64,000 bases of DNA from Bacteroidota bacterium (GCA_037142075.1 JBAXBJ010000013.1:6228-70227), one strand, 5' to 3'; counted from the first letter of the stretch, positions 1 through 9,981 are shown. Translations and numbers: made by a program. Notes: a model not told the origin generated them from the sequence alone.

Positions 1-401
1 GCGATTGGGTAGCGGGGTATCAGGTATTCAAACGAAGCAAATGCGTCGAATCCTAACTGCAAGGTGTTATAACCGGAATGGTAATGATCGTTATTGTACG
101 AATCGTGATGATCGCAGTCGTTGCTTGCGCCTCCTATATGAGCGCCGGCTCCGTAAATAAAGTTCATGTTGAGATCGTTGAACAAGAGGGCTGGCTTTTG
201 CTTTTCGAAGAGAAAAACTACCGATGTTCCGTGGTTTTGCCCCAGCAGCATAACTTCGCCCGCTACATTGGCATCAAATAAGCGGCGGTAGGTAATTCCT
301 CCCGAGCCACCAAGCCGGAAACCGGCGGCCTGTTTGTAGTTCTGGCTCCAGACTTCGGTAACCACCAGCATTAAAAGGATTAGAAGGTAAATGTTTTTTT
401 T
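1..401 (-). CDS. hypothetical exported protein, N-terminal part (gene continues past the left edge)
   Basis: The minus-strand frame is open from 401 to the window edge. It is absent from the ORF track because no stop lies in the window. Translation ..KKNIYLLILLMLVVTEVWSQNYKQAAGFRLGGSGGITYRRLF.. looks like a signal peptide followed by a beta-rich protein. The start is unclear: ATG at 371, or GTG at 405 only if the T9 run at 394-402 were T8. Confidence 0.4.
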
Positions 402-803
402 CACAGTGAGTTGATTTATTGGGTGTAAATATTTTTCAGACGCTCCTTTTGGGTAATTAGTTACATTTATTAATGGATGATTTAATCTGGATGTTTGATT
501 TTTATTCGTCATCAATGAGAAAAAATGATCCTCCCTTATCGTTAATGACTCACATTGATCAACCTTGTTTCTCAGCCGGATGAAGTAAGGATATAGGCAA
601 TAACGGTAAGCAGAATGAAGAGTGCTGTATAGATTATTACCTGTGGTTTTTCTATTGCTTTCATTGCTTTTATATTTTCTTTTTTTATCTAATGACAGCA
701 GAAGATTGGAAAAGTTGGAGTTTTTTTTAAATATTTGAAAATATTTTGCCGAAAAATCATCAGGTATCATCGAAACACCCGTTGAATTGCATTACAGGAA
801 AAC

Positions 804-1913
804 CTACTTGTTCACTACGGTTAAAGAACCCGCTTTGCTTGTTACCGAAACATGCGAAGTGCCGGCTTTCCCTATTGCACCTGTTGCCTGTAAAGTTCCT
901 GCTTTGGCATTCAGCGTTTCTTTCTTGAGCTGGCTGTTGATGGCGGACGAAATATTCAGGTTGGTTTTAGCATCATACATCAGGTCCATGGAATAAGAAT
1001 CGGATGTGCCTAAACCGAGAAACAGATCGGTATATTCCGATTTGATAAAAATAGTGCGGAAATTTCGCGTGATACTGTTCAGTTTTAACTCACCGTATTT
1101 AGTGTTCAGGTTACAAGCGGTTTTCAGCTCGTTTATTTTGATGCGGGAGAATGATGCTTCGCCGCTCAGCGAAGAACACGATTTTACAGTAAGTTTGTCG
1201 CGCGACGAAACCAGTTCGATGGCATCTATTTCTTCAAGTTCGATAGTTGAGGAGCGGCTGTTCAGGTTTAGAGCGTTTGCTTTACGAAGTGTAAAATCGG
1301 AATAATTGATATTGAGTTGGGCGTTATCGGCATCCTGAATACTTGCCGATCCAAATTCGAGTTTCAGTTTCAATGCCCCGCTGAAATCACGTGCCTGTAA
1401 ATCGCCGTTCGCAAGAGTAATATCTACATTCGCTTTGTGGCTGTCCATATACACATTGCCAAATTTGTTCTCAATTTTGATGGCATTGGTAACAGGCATA
1501 TAGACAGTGTAGTTGATTTGCAGGTTGTTACTGGTATTTATTACCTGCCCGGCGTACGAAACCACATCCTTCCAAAAAGTGGCGCTGTTATCGTAAAATA
1601 CGGTGCGGGCACTTATTATATTTGCCGCTGATATCATTTCGCAGTCGATTGACGAAAGAATTTTTACCACTTTAGCTGCTTGTTTCGACTGCGCCGACAT
1701 GCTCACTTCAATACGCACCGAATCTTTTTCCCAGGGTAACACATTGATATTGCCGTATTTATTTGTTATCTGTACTACGGTCCCGCTTTTCAGTTTAAAG
1801 CTTTTACTTTGCTCGCGCTTTTCGGAGTAGGTTTGGGCGGCAAGAAACAGCGGAACCCCGATGATGAGCGCTATGATGTATAAGATTTGCTTTATACTGT
1901 TATTTGTTTCCAT
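804..1913 (-). CDS. DUF4097-like putative adhesin / beta-helix protein, last gene of the ECF sigma operon
   Basis: 369-aa ORF with an N-terminal membrane anchor (ILYIIALIIGVPLFLAA). It has repetitive beta-strand segments (VVQITNKYGNINVLPWEKDSVRIEV, GDLQARDFSGALKLKLEFGSASI) typical of DUF4097 proteins found after sigma/anti-sigma pairs. It lies 33 nt downstream of the anti-sigma candidate. Confidence 0.7.
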   Translation of the reverse strand: METNNSIKQILYIIALIIGVPLFLAAQTYSEKREQSKSFKLKSGTVVQITNKYGNINVLPWEKDSVRIEVSMSAQSKQAAKVVKILSSIDCEMISAANIISARTVFYDNSATFWKDVVSYAGQVINTSNNLQINYTVYMPVTNAIKIENKFGNVYMDSHKANVDITLANGDLQARDFSGALKLKLEFGSASIQDADNAQLNINYSDFTLRKANALNLNSRSSTIELEEIDAIELVSSRDKLTVKSCSSLSGEASFSRIKINELKTACNLNTKYGELKLNSITRNFRTIFIKSEYTDLFLGLGTSDSYSMDLMYDAKTNLNISSAINSQLKKETLNAKAGTLQATGAIGKAGTSHVSVTSKAGSLTVVNK

Positions 1914-1946
1914 GTTCGTTTTTCATTTATAAATGAGGAGTCGCAA

Positions 1947-2513
1947 TTACAGGTTCGTTTCAGCTGGTTTTTGCGACGAAGAACCTGTTGTGCTCTTCCG
2001 TAATTCGGTTAGTATCTGATCAAGAATTTCGAGTTTAACCCTGTACGACAGCATGATAGCCTCAATTACTTTTTCGTCGGCATTGCTCTGGGCGAGGTCT
2101 TTTTTTAATTCTGCATTATTCTTATCCATTTCGATGAATTCCTTTTTCAGGTCTTCGATAATCTCGGGATGTAATTTGGTATAAGTAGCAAGTTCGGTTT
2201 GTTTGTTTCCAATCTGGGAAGTGTAATAAGCTTCGGCATCCGAAAGTTCGCTCAATTCAGGGCTGGAAGCTACAGTTGGCGGGCTTACTGATTTTATTGA
2301 AGATTTATGGTAATCCAGATAGTCGTTCAGCAACCAGGCTGAAGCGAAAATGAGAATCGCTGCTGCCGCTTTCCAGGCGTAAGGTGCTATTCTATAATGT
2401 TTTACTGCTGGAAGTTCTTTTTCAACTTTATTCCAGGCCATCGAAGGTGGTTCGAGGTTGCTGAATGCGTCGGCATTCTCTCTGACGAATAATTCTAATT
2501 TATCTTTATTCAT
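1947..2513 (-). CDS. putative anti-sigma factor (single-pass membrane protein)
   Basis: 188 aa with a central TM segment (AWKAAAAILIFASAWLL). It starts 19 nt after the ECF sigma gene stop. The call rests on position and topology, not a diagnostic motif. Confidence 0.55.
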   Translation of the reverse strand: MNKDKLELFVRENADAFSNLEPPSMAWNKVEKELPAVKHYRIAPYAWKAAAAILIFASAWLLNDYLDYHKSSIKSVSPPTVASSPELSELSDAEAYYTSQIGNKQTELATYTKLHPEIIEDLKKEFIEMDKNNAELKKDLAQSNADEKVIEAIMLSYRVKLEILDQILTELRKSTTGSSSQKPAETNL

Positions 2514-2532
2514 TTTAATTTTCTTCTAAACG

Positions 2533-3093
2533 TTAAAGCAAGGGCATTGCAAGCATCGATTCTTTTACCAGTTGACGGGCACGCATGTACTGCGTTTTGG
2601 AAGTGGATTCCGAAATATGTAAAATCTCCGAAATCTCACTGTGATCGTAGCCTTCGAGGAGATAGAGCGAAAATATTACTCTTGCTCCTTCAGGTAGCAG
2701 GTTCATTGCTTTTTTCACCCTTTCGACACTCAGGTGTAATTCCTCTTCATCGATACTTTCATCAGCGACAGCTGGAACGTATAACTCTGTTATTTCTTCA
2801 TCTACCCAGTTTATCTTCCTCTTTTCGAGTGCATTAATGCATTTGTTGATAACAATTTTCTTCAGCCATGCTCCGAATGTCGATTCGAACCTGAACGATC
2901 CGAGGTGGCCGAAGGCGTCAATAAAACCTTCCTGCAGCATATCCCGGGCTTCTTCGGCATTGTTCATCATCCGGTAGCAGATATTATACATAGCTTTTGA
3001 ATACGAATTGTATAACTCGTTGTATGCCTTCCGGTTACCGGCTTTACATGCCTCAACCAGTTGCCTGTGTATGTCGAAATTCCCCTGGTTCAA
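2533..3093 (-). CDS. RNA polymerase ECF-type sigma-70 family factor
   Basis: 186 aa. Region 2-like segment: YNELYNSYSKAMYNICYRMMNNAEEARDMLQEGFIDAF. Region 4 HTH: GYDHSEISEILHISESTSKTQYMRARQLV. Confidence 0.9.
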   Translation of the reverse strand: MNQGNFDIHRQLVEACKAGNRKAYNELYNSYSKAMYNICYRMMNNAEEARDMLQEGFIDAFGHLGSFRFESTFGAWLKKIVINKCINALEKRKINWVDEEITELYVPAVADESIDEEELHLSVERVKKAMNLLPEGARVIFSLYLLEGYDHSEISEILHISESTSKTQYMRARQLVKESMLAMPLL

Positions 3094-3242
3094 GCTGCCG
3101 GCCCCGCGTTTTTAGTTATAATGACAGAATAAATTTATAAGGGTTGTAAAATTGGATTAAAAATAAATAATAAATCCGGCTCTGCTGATTTACCGGAACT
3201 AAACCGGAAACAACACGGTTATGATACGGTATTCTGGTATTG

Positions 3243-5255
3243 TTAAAATGAAGTTTTAAATCCGCAGGCACCACAAAATTTCGATCCGGGTTTTAAAGGA
3301 TTTCCGCATGAGGGACAGAATTTCGGTGCAGGCATAGGTGGAGGCGTTTGAGCCACAGGCTTTTGCTGGTATACATTTCCGACAGGCGAATCGACCGGCG
3401 AAACCGTGTATGGAGAATTCTGCATTTTTTTAAACCTGGTTTTTTTTCTCCGCCGAACCAACCCGGCAATTATTGCAAGTATGAATACGATACTACCGGC
3501 TAGCATAAATACCTGGCTGTGCAGGAATTTTTTCCAGCCTATCGCATCAGTGCTTCCTTCTTCAGGGATTTCGACAACTTTAACCCCCGGGGTGCTTTCT
3601 GCAATCAGCTGCCATTGCCTGCTCACTGCCTGAACATCAACTTCCGTTGTCGACGTAACGGTATTAAAGTCGGATGAAACCGATTCGCCCTGATGGATAG
3701 CAACCGATTCGCCGCTTTTGTTAAACTTGAGGTCAACATTTCCTTCCAGCAGATCGAGCTTCATGGTTTGTTCGCTGACAAAGAGCGAAAATCGGGTTCC
3801 CTTCAGCACCAGTCCGCAATCTTTCAGCTCAATAATGACCTCGCCTTCGCTGGTACTATGCCCGTTGAAATACAAATTCCCCTTATCAACATGAATCTTC
3901 ATTACTCCTGCATCATCTGACACAATTTTGAATTGTGTGTTCGGACCTGCAGTAAGTATCCCTTTTGGCAACAGGCTTAAGGTAAGGTTGCCTTTTTCGC
4001 GAACTACGTAGGTTGTGCCAATATAACTGGTGCCCAGTCGGGTATACCTGTCGCTATTAACCCGGCTCTGTTCTCCCCAGGGATCGATGTAGTATACAGA
4101 GTCATTAGCTGTAAGCACCTGGCCTAAGTAAGGAATGCTCTTTTTTACCAGACCTGTACCTCCACATTCAACAGTTTGTGCTCCAAGCGGAACAGCTTGT
4201 TTTCCATTAATCAATACTTCCTGATCCCCTTCATTGAGTTCGAAAGTATTGGGCCCGCAACAGGCCGCATGGGAGCCGTTATCCCCAACAACCACAGCTG
4301 GCAAGCCATTGATGTTTACACCTGCACTGCCATTTATATAGCCTACAGTTTTATGAGGACAGGCAGGACAACCATGCGCATCGGCTAAACAAATAGTATA
4401 GCAACCCGTGTGAGCATAAAGAGAGGCCTTTACAACCTCCACCGTAATCTCTTTTCTATATTCATTCCCCTGGGCGTCAATAGCCGTTAAAATAATTTTA
4501 TTCGATCCCGTTTTTTCAAATACGGGACTTGATAGGGGTCCATGGTCAGGTGTAAAACTTGCGGTTCCGCTCCACTTAATATCATTTGAAAGATCGACTT
4601 CGTTCTCGGTACCTTCGTTAAGTATGCAACTGGCTCCAAATTTCCAGCCTTTGTCGAAAACCCTCGGACTTTCCCCCAACGGGTATGTAAGTTGCAAACC
4701 TTCACCCGCCGAAAGCGAAGCTGTATAGGAAAGGAATTCGGTACCTCCGCCCTCTTCACTATTGGTAATAGTCAGTTTACCGGCAATCTGCGAACTGCTT
4801 CCGCTGGAAGTAATCTGGCCGGAAAGCCTGAAACTGACCTGCCCGGTTCCGTTCTGCTTGCCGTCGAGCATAATCAGGGTAGTTGTGCCGGGCGCACTAA
4901 AAGAAGTTCCATGCAATTCCCCATTAAAAGTGCCTGTAAAATGAACATATTCCTCATGTTTCTCTGACGACCCTCCTACAAAATTGAGCTTGCCGCTTAC
5001 TACTCCCGATTTATCAATCGAAATAGTAAGTTGATTTTCATAATAAGCAACACCTTTGGCTGAACCAGGAGGCAGCGAGAATTTCCCTTTGTAAAGACCT
5101 TCCGTCTGCGCTTTTAACTGCAAGCTACAGCACAGGATAATAATAAAAACCGGAATAAGTGATAATCGGATACTGCCTTTACTTTTCGTTTTTGCACAGC
5201 TCATAGCTTTACAGATTGGAAAAGTAAATGTATAAAAAAAACAAATTCGTGACAT
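3243..5255 (-). CDS. single-pass membrane protein: signal peptide, PAAR-like domain, FecR-like domain, TM, C-terminal zinc ribbon
   Basis: 670-aa ORF; the start may be M18 at 5204. The signal peptide ends in ..CCSLQLKAQ. PAAR-like segment at about nt 4140-4425: AHGCPACPHKTVGYINGSAGVNINGLPAVVVGDNGSHAACCGPNTFELNEGDQEVLINGKQAVPLGAQTVECGG. FecR-like segment at about 3696-4013. TM: VFMLAGSIVFILAIIAGLV followed by RRRKK. Zinc ribbon: CPSCGNPLKPGSKFCGACG. Confidence 0.85.
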   Translation of the reverse strand: MSRICFFYTFTFPICKAMSCAKTKSKGSIRLSLIPVFIIILCCSLQLKAQTEGLYKGKFSLPPGSAKGVAYYENQLTISIDKSGVVSGKLNFVGGSSEKHEEYVHFTGTFNGELHGTSFSAPGTTTLIMLDGKQNGTGQVSFRLSGQITSSGSSSQIAGKLTITNSEEGGGTEFLSYTASLSAGEGLQLTYPLGESPRVFDKGWKFGASCILNEGTENEVDLSNDIKWSGTASFTPDHGPLSSPVFEKTGSNKIILTAIDAQGNEYRKEITVEVVKASLYAHTGCYTICLADAHGCPACPHKTVGYINGSAGVNINGLPAVVVGDNGSHAACCGPNTFELNEGDQEVLINGKQAVPLGAQTVECGGTGLVKKSIPYLGQVLTANDSVYYIDPWGEQSRVNSDRYTRLGTSYIGTTYVVREKGNLTLSLLPKGILTAGPNTQFKIVSDDAGVMKIHVDKGNLYFNGHSTSEGEVIIELKDCGLVLKGTRFSLFVSEQTMKLDLLEGNVDLKFNKSGESVAIHQGESVSSDFNTVTSTTEVDVQAVSRQWQLIAESTPGVKVVEIPEEGSTDAIGWKKFLHSQVFMLAGSIVFILAIIAGLVRRRKKTRFKKMQNSPYTVSPVDSPVGNVYQQKPVAQTPPPMPAPKFCPSCGNPLKPGSKFCGACGFKTSF

Positions 5256-5373
5256 GCCGGAACCTGTGTGTATTTGAGCGGTTTAACCAGCTTTTATGTT
5301 ACCCGATATTAACGTATTAAAGTGGGAATGACATTAATTCTTTAGAGACACATTTTGCCTGCCAGGCAGCTTA

Positions 5374-6357
5374 TTAAAACAACCCCTTCACCAACTCATC
5401 AACTGTAAGCTTCGCGAAATAGTCCGGGATGTTAAATGAGGAAACTGCTTTACGGATGGCTGATTCCTCATGAGGAATATTAGCCAGCACATCTTCGATT
5501 TCTTTAGGATCAGCATGTGAAAAATAATCTCCGAAAATACGCGCCTTAGTAATCACCCCATTCTGCACGTCCATGCAAAATTCCATGGTGCCGCTGTGTT
5601 CGGTGCGCACTATCTTGCAGAAATTATACGCGGGCGAATTGCCAAAATTCCAGTCCCAGGTACCGTATTTTGATTGCACCATATCTTCAATTACCTGTTC
5701 ATCCTGCCGGGTAAGTTCATAAAATAGGGCATCAGGATACATGCTAACGATATATCTTTCGATGAGTTCCGAAAATCGTGTCACATCCATCGCCTGATGC
5801 AAATGTTCGCTGATATTGGTAACACGGCTACGGACCGATTTCACGGCTTTATCCTGGAATTTCGCTTCGTTCACTTTCAACGCCTGGCTTAAGTCGGTCA
5901 TGGTTGCAGAAAACAGCAGGGTGCCATGATGTAAAACGCGGTTTTTCCACACCATTTCAGCATTACCGGAGAATTTTTTTCCTTCAATCGTGAGGTCATT
6001 ACGGCCTTCGAAACGGGCATCAATTCCAAGTTCTTTAAGAACATCGAGGATAGGTTCGGTATATTTCCGGAAATCGTTCAGTGTATGATCCTTGCTGGAT
6101 TGAATAAAAGTGAAATTCAGGTTCCCCAGGTCGTGAAACACAGCACCTCCGCCTGTAAGCCTGCGCACCACGCAAATATTGTTTTCCTTAACATAATCGA
6201 TGTTGATTTCTGAAAGGGTATTCTGATGCTTCCCGACAATAATGGCTGGTTCGTTACGCCAAAGCATAAAAATATCCTCTTCCGTTTCTTTCAGAAAATA
6301 TTCTTCAGCGGCGAGATTAAAATAGGGATTGGTATGATGACGCTTAACAATTAACAT
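5374..6357 (-). CDS. lplA: lipoate-protein ligase A
   Basis: 327 aa. The N-terminus (NPYFNLAAEEYFL) and RRLTGGGAVFHDLGNLNF, GRNDLTIEGKKFSGNA are characteristic LplA catalytic-domain motifs. Confidence 0.9.
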   Translation of the reverse strand: MLIVKRHHTNPYFNLAAEEYFLKETEEDIFMLWRNEPAIIVGKHQNTLSEINIDYVKENNICVVRRLTGGGAVFHDLGNLNFTFIQSSKDHTLNDFRKYTEPILDVLKELGIDARFEGRNDLTIEGKKFSGNAEMVWKNRVLHHGTLLFSATMTDLSQALKVNEAKFQDKAVKSVRSRVTNISEHLHQAMDVTRFSELIERYIVSMYPDALFYELTRQDEQVIEDMVQSKYGTWDWNFGNSPAYNFCKIVRTEHSGTMEFCMDVQNGVITKARIFGDYFSHADPKEIEDVLANIPHEESAIRKAVSSFNIPDYFAKLTVDELVKGLF

Positions 6358-6576
6358 GAATTGAATTTTGAGGCGAAATTAATGATTAGTGATGTTTTAA
6401 ATTATCTTTCCGGAAAAGGATTCCGAAAAAGACCTCCATAACTCTGGAGAACAATCTGAATATGCTTAAGGTTCAGCATGTTTGCATATTAATCCGGATG
6501 TTTCATGACGTCTGTCATTTATAGTATATTTACAACTTATTTTAGTGCTTATTTCTAACCTTTAAATCTAAAAAAC

Positions 6577-7473
6577 ATGTTTTTAAGTGTCATTGGAATT
6601 ATTGTAATTGTGATCGGTTTTGTCCTTGTCCGGACGGAATCACCATTCAGACCTTATGCCGGTATAGTCAGGATTATCGGCTTTCTGGCTGTTTTAATCG
6701 GGGCAGGCCTGTCGGCTGTGCAACAAATTGAACCCGGCTACGTGGGTGTTCAGAAACTTTTTGGTAAAGTGAACAACAATACCCTCGAGAGTGGACTTAA
6801 TATTATAAATCCATTGGTAGAAGTTGTAACCTTTGATATCCGCACACAAAACTATACGATGTCGAGTGTGCACGATGAAGGCGACAAAGCCGGCGATGAT
6901 GCCATTCGCGTGCTTTCGGCTGATGGTCTCGAAGTAATCATCGATCTTACCGTTCTTTATAAAGTGGTTTCCAACGAAGCTCCGCGCATTTTGAAAGAAA
7001 TCGGAACTGATTACAGGAATACCATCGTTCGTCCGATTTGCAGAACTAAAATCAGGGACAATGCAGTTTATTACGATGCAGTTGCCCTGTATTCGACCAA
7101 ACGCGATGAATTTCAGGCGAGGATTTTTAAATCCATCGAAGGTGATTTTAAGAGCAGGGGATTAATACTTGAACAACTTTTAGTCCGGAACATCACGCTT
7201 CCTGCTTCGGTGAAAACTACCATTGAATCGAAAATTAACGCCGAACAGGATGCGCAAAAAATGACCTTCGTTTTACAGAAGGAAAAACAGGAAGCCGAAC
7301 GTAAACGCGTTGAAGCACAGGGAATTGCCGATTATCAGAAGATTCTTAGTACCGGGCTGAGCGACAAACAGTTGCAATACGAAATGATAAAGGCTATTGC
7401 GACTTCCCCCAATGCGAAACTGATAATTATGGACAGTAAAAAAAGTGCTCCTTTTATTATTGATGCGAAATAA
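6577..7473 (+). CDS. SPFH/band-7 (prohibitin/HflC-like) membrane protein
   Basis: 298 aa with an N-terminal TM. It has an SPFH core (VQKLFGKV.. LNIINPLVEVVTFDIRTQ) and a C-terminal coiled coil (EKQEAERKRVEAQGIADYQK). Confidence 0.85.
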   Translation: MFLSVIGIIVIVIGFVLVRTESPFRPYAGIVRIIGFLAVLIGAGLSAVQQIEPGYVGVQKLFGKVNNNTLESGLNIINPLVEVVTFDIRTQNYTMSSVHDEGDKAGDDAIRVLSADGLEVIIDLTVLYKVVSNEAPRILKEIGTDYRNTIVRPICRTKIRDNAVYYDAVALYSTKRDEFQARIFKSIEGDFKSRGLILEQLLVRNITLPASVKTTIESKINAEQDAQKMTFVLQKEKQEAERKRVEAQGIADYQKILSTGLSDKQLQYEMIKAIATSPNAKLIIMDSKKSAPFIIDAK

Positions 7474-7510
7474 AGTGGCACTATAAGCGCATTTATAAAA
7501 TTTTGAACAT

Positions 7511-7541
7511 AAAAAAGTCCGGTGGTGAGCCGGACTTTTTT
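7511..7541. terminator. bidirectional intrinsic terminator hairpin
   Basis: AAAAAAGTCCGG-tggtgag-CCGGACTTTTTT lies between convergent genes ending at 7473 (+) and 7639 (-). Confidence 0.75.
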
Positions 7542-7638
7542 GTGTAATTTACTGCTTATCAGCAGGCTATAAGTGATTTCCTGCGGATTCACCTGGTTTA
7601 GATTGGCCTGTAGAACCAATTAAGGCAAAAGCGACCGC

Positions 7639-9981
7639 CTACTTTTTCATCAGTTTAAACGATTGCTGATTTTGTTTGCCGTATAAAATCGAATACATTC
7701 CTGAAGATAACCCCGTAAGGCTGATATTTGCACTTTCGCTGTTAAACGTGCCGGAAAGTACAGTTCTGCCCAATTTATCGACCATAACGTAGCTTGTTCC
7801 CAATAGACCCGGATTTACAACTAGCGTAATTAAGTCGGTAGCTGGATTTGGATATACTTTAATGTCTGTTGACTGTTTGCTTTCATTAATCCCGACATTA
7901 ACAATGTTGAAGCATGCAGACGTATCCGAACAGTTGTTCTGTGTAACAATTACAGCATAAGAGCCGTTTTCGACCGGTGTAAAACTCTGATAAATTGCCC
8001 CGTTAATTATGGCATAATCGGGACAGGTAACCCATTGGTAACCAGCTCCGTTGGCAAGAGCGGTTAGTGTTATCCCTGCTTTTGTGACAAATATATTCAC
8101 TGTTATTAAAGTAACTGTTACCTCAAAACGATCAATACTTTCGATGCCTGAGATGGTTTGAGAAGCAAAATAATGTTTGTTGTTGATCAAAGCCGTTGTG
8201 GGTGCCAATGCAGTACCACCGGTAAGTGTTTCGTACCATTTTATATCTGTTCCGGTGGCTGCAAGGTCAGCAACTGTCGCTCCTTTACAAAGTGTTTGTG
8301 CTGAAGTACCTGTAGGTGCCGGCGTCGGGGCAGTTGTCTGGCTCGAAAGAGTTACAAGCAACGAATCCTTCATAGTATTATCCTGAACAGAAGTAGCTTT
8401 TGCCCAAACTGTTCCATTAACCTGTGCTGTTACCAGGCCGGTTGCACTTATGGTCGCCATCCCGGTTACCGGCAAAAGGCTCCATGTAACAGCCTGGTTG
8501 GCTGTTAGCGGAAAGACCGTTGCCACCATCTGCAATGTTCCTTGGTCGATAACGATCGTAGCAGGTACGCCACCCTGGGTAGCTACATCAATGCCAACAA
8601 GACCGCCAACCGATACACCTTGTGCATAGCCTTTTTCCGACATTCCCCTGTTTTCGGTCCAAACTCCTACACATTTATTCGGACCGTTTGCAGCGAATCC
8701 GAAACGGCCTTTGGGGCTGCCCATAGTAGCCGTTGTAGAACTTATCTCAACACTGTTTCCTGGCCAGACAAAGGCTCCGGTGGCATTCAGCCGCGTGGCC
8801 TTGATTTTATAATTTGAGCTGTAACTCATAAACATGGGTTCGTCGTTTACAAGCGAAATGGAACCCGCCTGAGTATCCATGTTACTGGATATTGGATAAA
8901 CAACTTTCCCCTGGTCAGTAAACTGGCGGGCGCCGGTGGTTTTCCTGAATTTCTGAACATAAACGCCGTATGTGGTTTGATTAGGATTGCTGAATGTACA
9001 CAACGACCACACATAAGGCGATCCAGGTGTGAGGTCGATATTGGTGGTACCCTGGTAATTGTCGGTTCCTGAAACGCTGGTATTAAAATTGGAGCCATTC
9101 ATGCCCCAGGGTATCGTTCCGTCAGGGTTTATTCGTTGAAGAAACGAATTGAACCGGCTTCCGGCGCTGCAGTAATATCCAACATAGGTAGTATCTTTTT
9201 CACCTGCAACCGAATAGTACCTTACACCCATGGTAGTCTGGCTGCAAATCTGCAAAGGAGCGTACTGAGCTATACCTGCATTATTAAACCGTTGAGCATA
9301 TAAGGTAGTATAAACACCGGTGCCGCGTTTTTGAAAAACCATAGTAAAACCGCCGTTGGTATTGGCAACTATTTGACCACGGGTGGTACCGGTAGTACCT
9401 ACTGTTACTGTTACCGGAATGGCCCAGGCAGCGGTGCCGGCGGTAGTTATTTTTTGAATTTTCAAGGTGTTGCTCGCTTCGTCAATCCAGGCTACGGCAA
9501 TTTCACCATTCGATAAAAGAGCGGGATAAGGTGCTAGTCCATTCCCGACAACAATGCCATTTGCTCCCCAAAGCTGGCTTCCGGTCTGCGAAACTTTATA
9601 AAGGCAGGTTGAATAGGAACTTCCGGTTCTCTGATCCTGAAAAGCCACCACAAGATTGTTAGATTGATCGACACAAACGCTGAATACGAAAGTGGCTGTG
9701 CCCGAAGGCTGGCTGCTTACCAATACGCCGTCGGCACCCAGAAGTTTGTACCCTTCAGAATCAAACAACTGTGCCCGCATATTATAATTTCCTGCATTCT
9801 GAGAATAAAACGCGACCCAGGTTTTTCCATCTGTTGTTGAAACCGATTGCATATCGGCTACCGGTAAGCCTGAAATCTCTTCATTTATTGACGTATTACT
9901 ATTCCACTGGGCTTTAAGCATACCTGGCATTAGTAAAACAACCAGCAGAAGTGCCGGTAGGATGAAAGATTTAAAAATCAT
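7639..9981 (-). CDS. T9SS-sorted cell-surface protein with a Big_2 Ig-like domain
   Basis: The ORF runs to 10062, but the signal peptide (MIFKSFILPALLLVVLLMPGMLKAQ) begins at the ATG at 9981. There is a Big_2-like segment (LQMVATVFPLTANQAVTWSL..). The C-terminus carries the T9SS sorting signature KVYPNPATDLITLVV...MYSILY. Confidence 0.85.
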   Translation of the reverse strand: MIFKSFILPALLLVVLLMPGMLKAQWNSNTSINEEISGLPVADMQSVSTTDGKTWVAFYSQNAGNYNMRAQLFDSEGYKLLGADGVLVSSQPSGTATFVFSVCVDQSNNLVVAFQDQRTGSSYSTCLYKVSQTGSQLWGANGIVVGNGLAPYPALLSNGEIAVAWIDEASNTLKIQKITTAGTAAWAIPVTVTVGTTGTTRGQIVANTNGGFTMVFQKRGTGVYTTLYAQRFNNAGIAQYAPLQICSQTTMGVRYYSVAGEKDTTYVGYYCSAGSRFNSFLQRINPDGTIPWGMNGSNFNTSVSGTDNYQGTTNIDLTPGSPYVWSLCTFSNPNQTTYGVYVQKFRKTTGARQFTDQGKVVYPISSNMDTQAGSISLVNDEPMFMSYSSNYKIKATRLNATGAFVWPGNSVEISSTTATMGSPKGRFGFAANGPNKCVGVWTENRGMSEKGYAQGVSVGGLVGIDVATQGGVPATIVIDQGTLQMVATVFPLTANQAVTWSLLPVTGMATISATGLVTAQVNGTVWAKATSVQDNTMKDSLLVTLSSQTTAPTPAPTGTSAQTLCKGATVADLAATGTDIKWYETLTGGTALAPTTALINNKHYFASQTISGIESIDRFEVTVTLITVNIFVTKAGITLTALANGAGYQWVTCPDYAIINGAIYQSFTPVENGSYAVIVTQNNCSDTSACFNIVNVGINESKQSTDIKVYPNPATDLITLVVNPGLLGTSYVMVDKLGRTVLSGTFNSESANISLTGLSSGMYSILYGKQNQQSFKLMKK

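Noticed and set aside
572-664. 30-aa minus-strand ORF MKAIEKPQVIIYTALFILLTVIAYILTSSG (possible small membrane protein)
   Set aside because: It has a hydrophobic helix and clean start and stop codons. However, it is too short to support without conservation or expression data, so it is not listed as a feature.
3243-5255. A T6SS effector locus, based on the PAAR-like domain
   Set aside because: No VgrG, Hcp, TssB/C or other T6SS genes are in the window. The signal peptide plus TM topology is incompatible with a canonical spike-tip PAAR.
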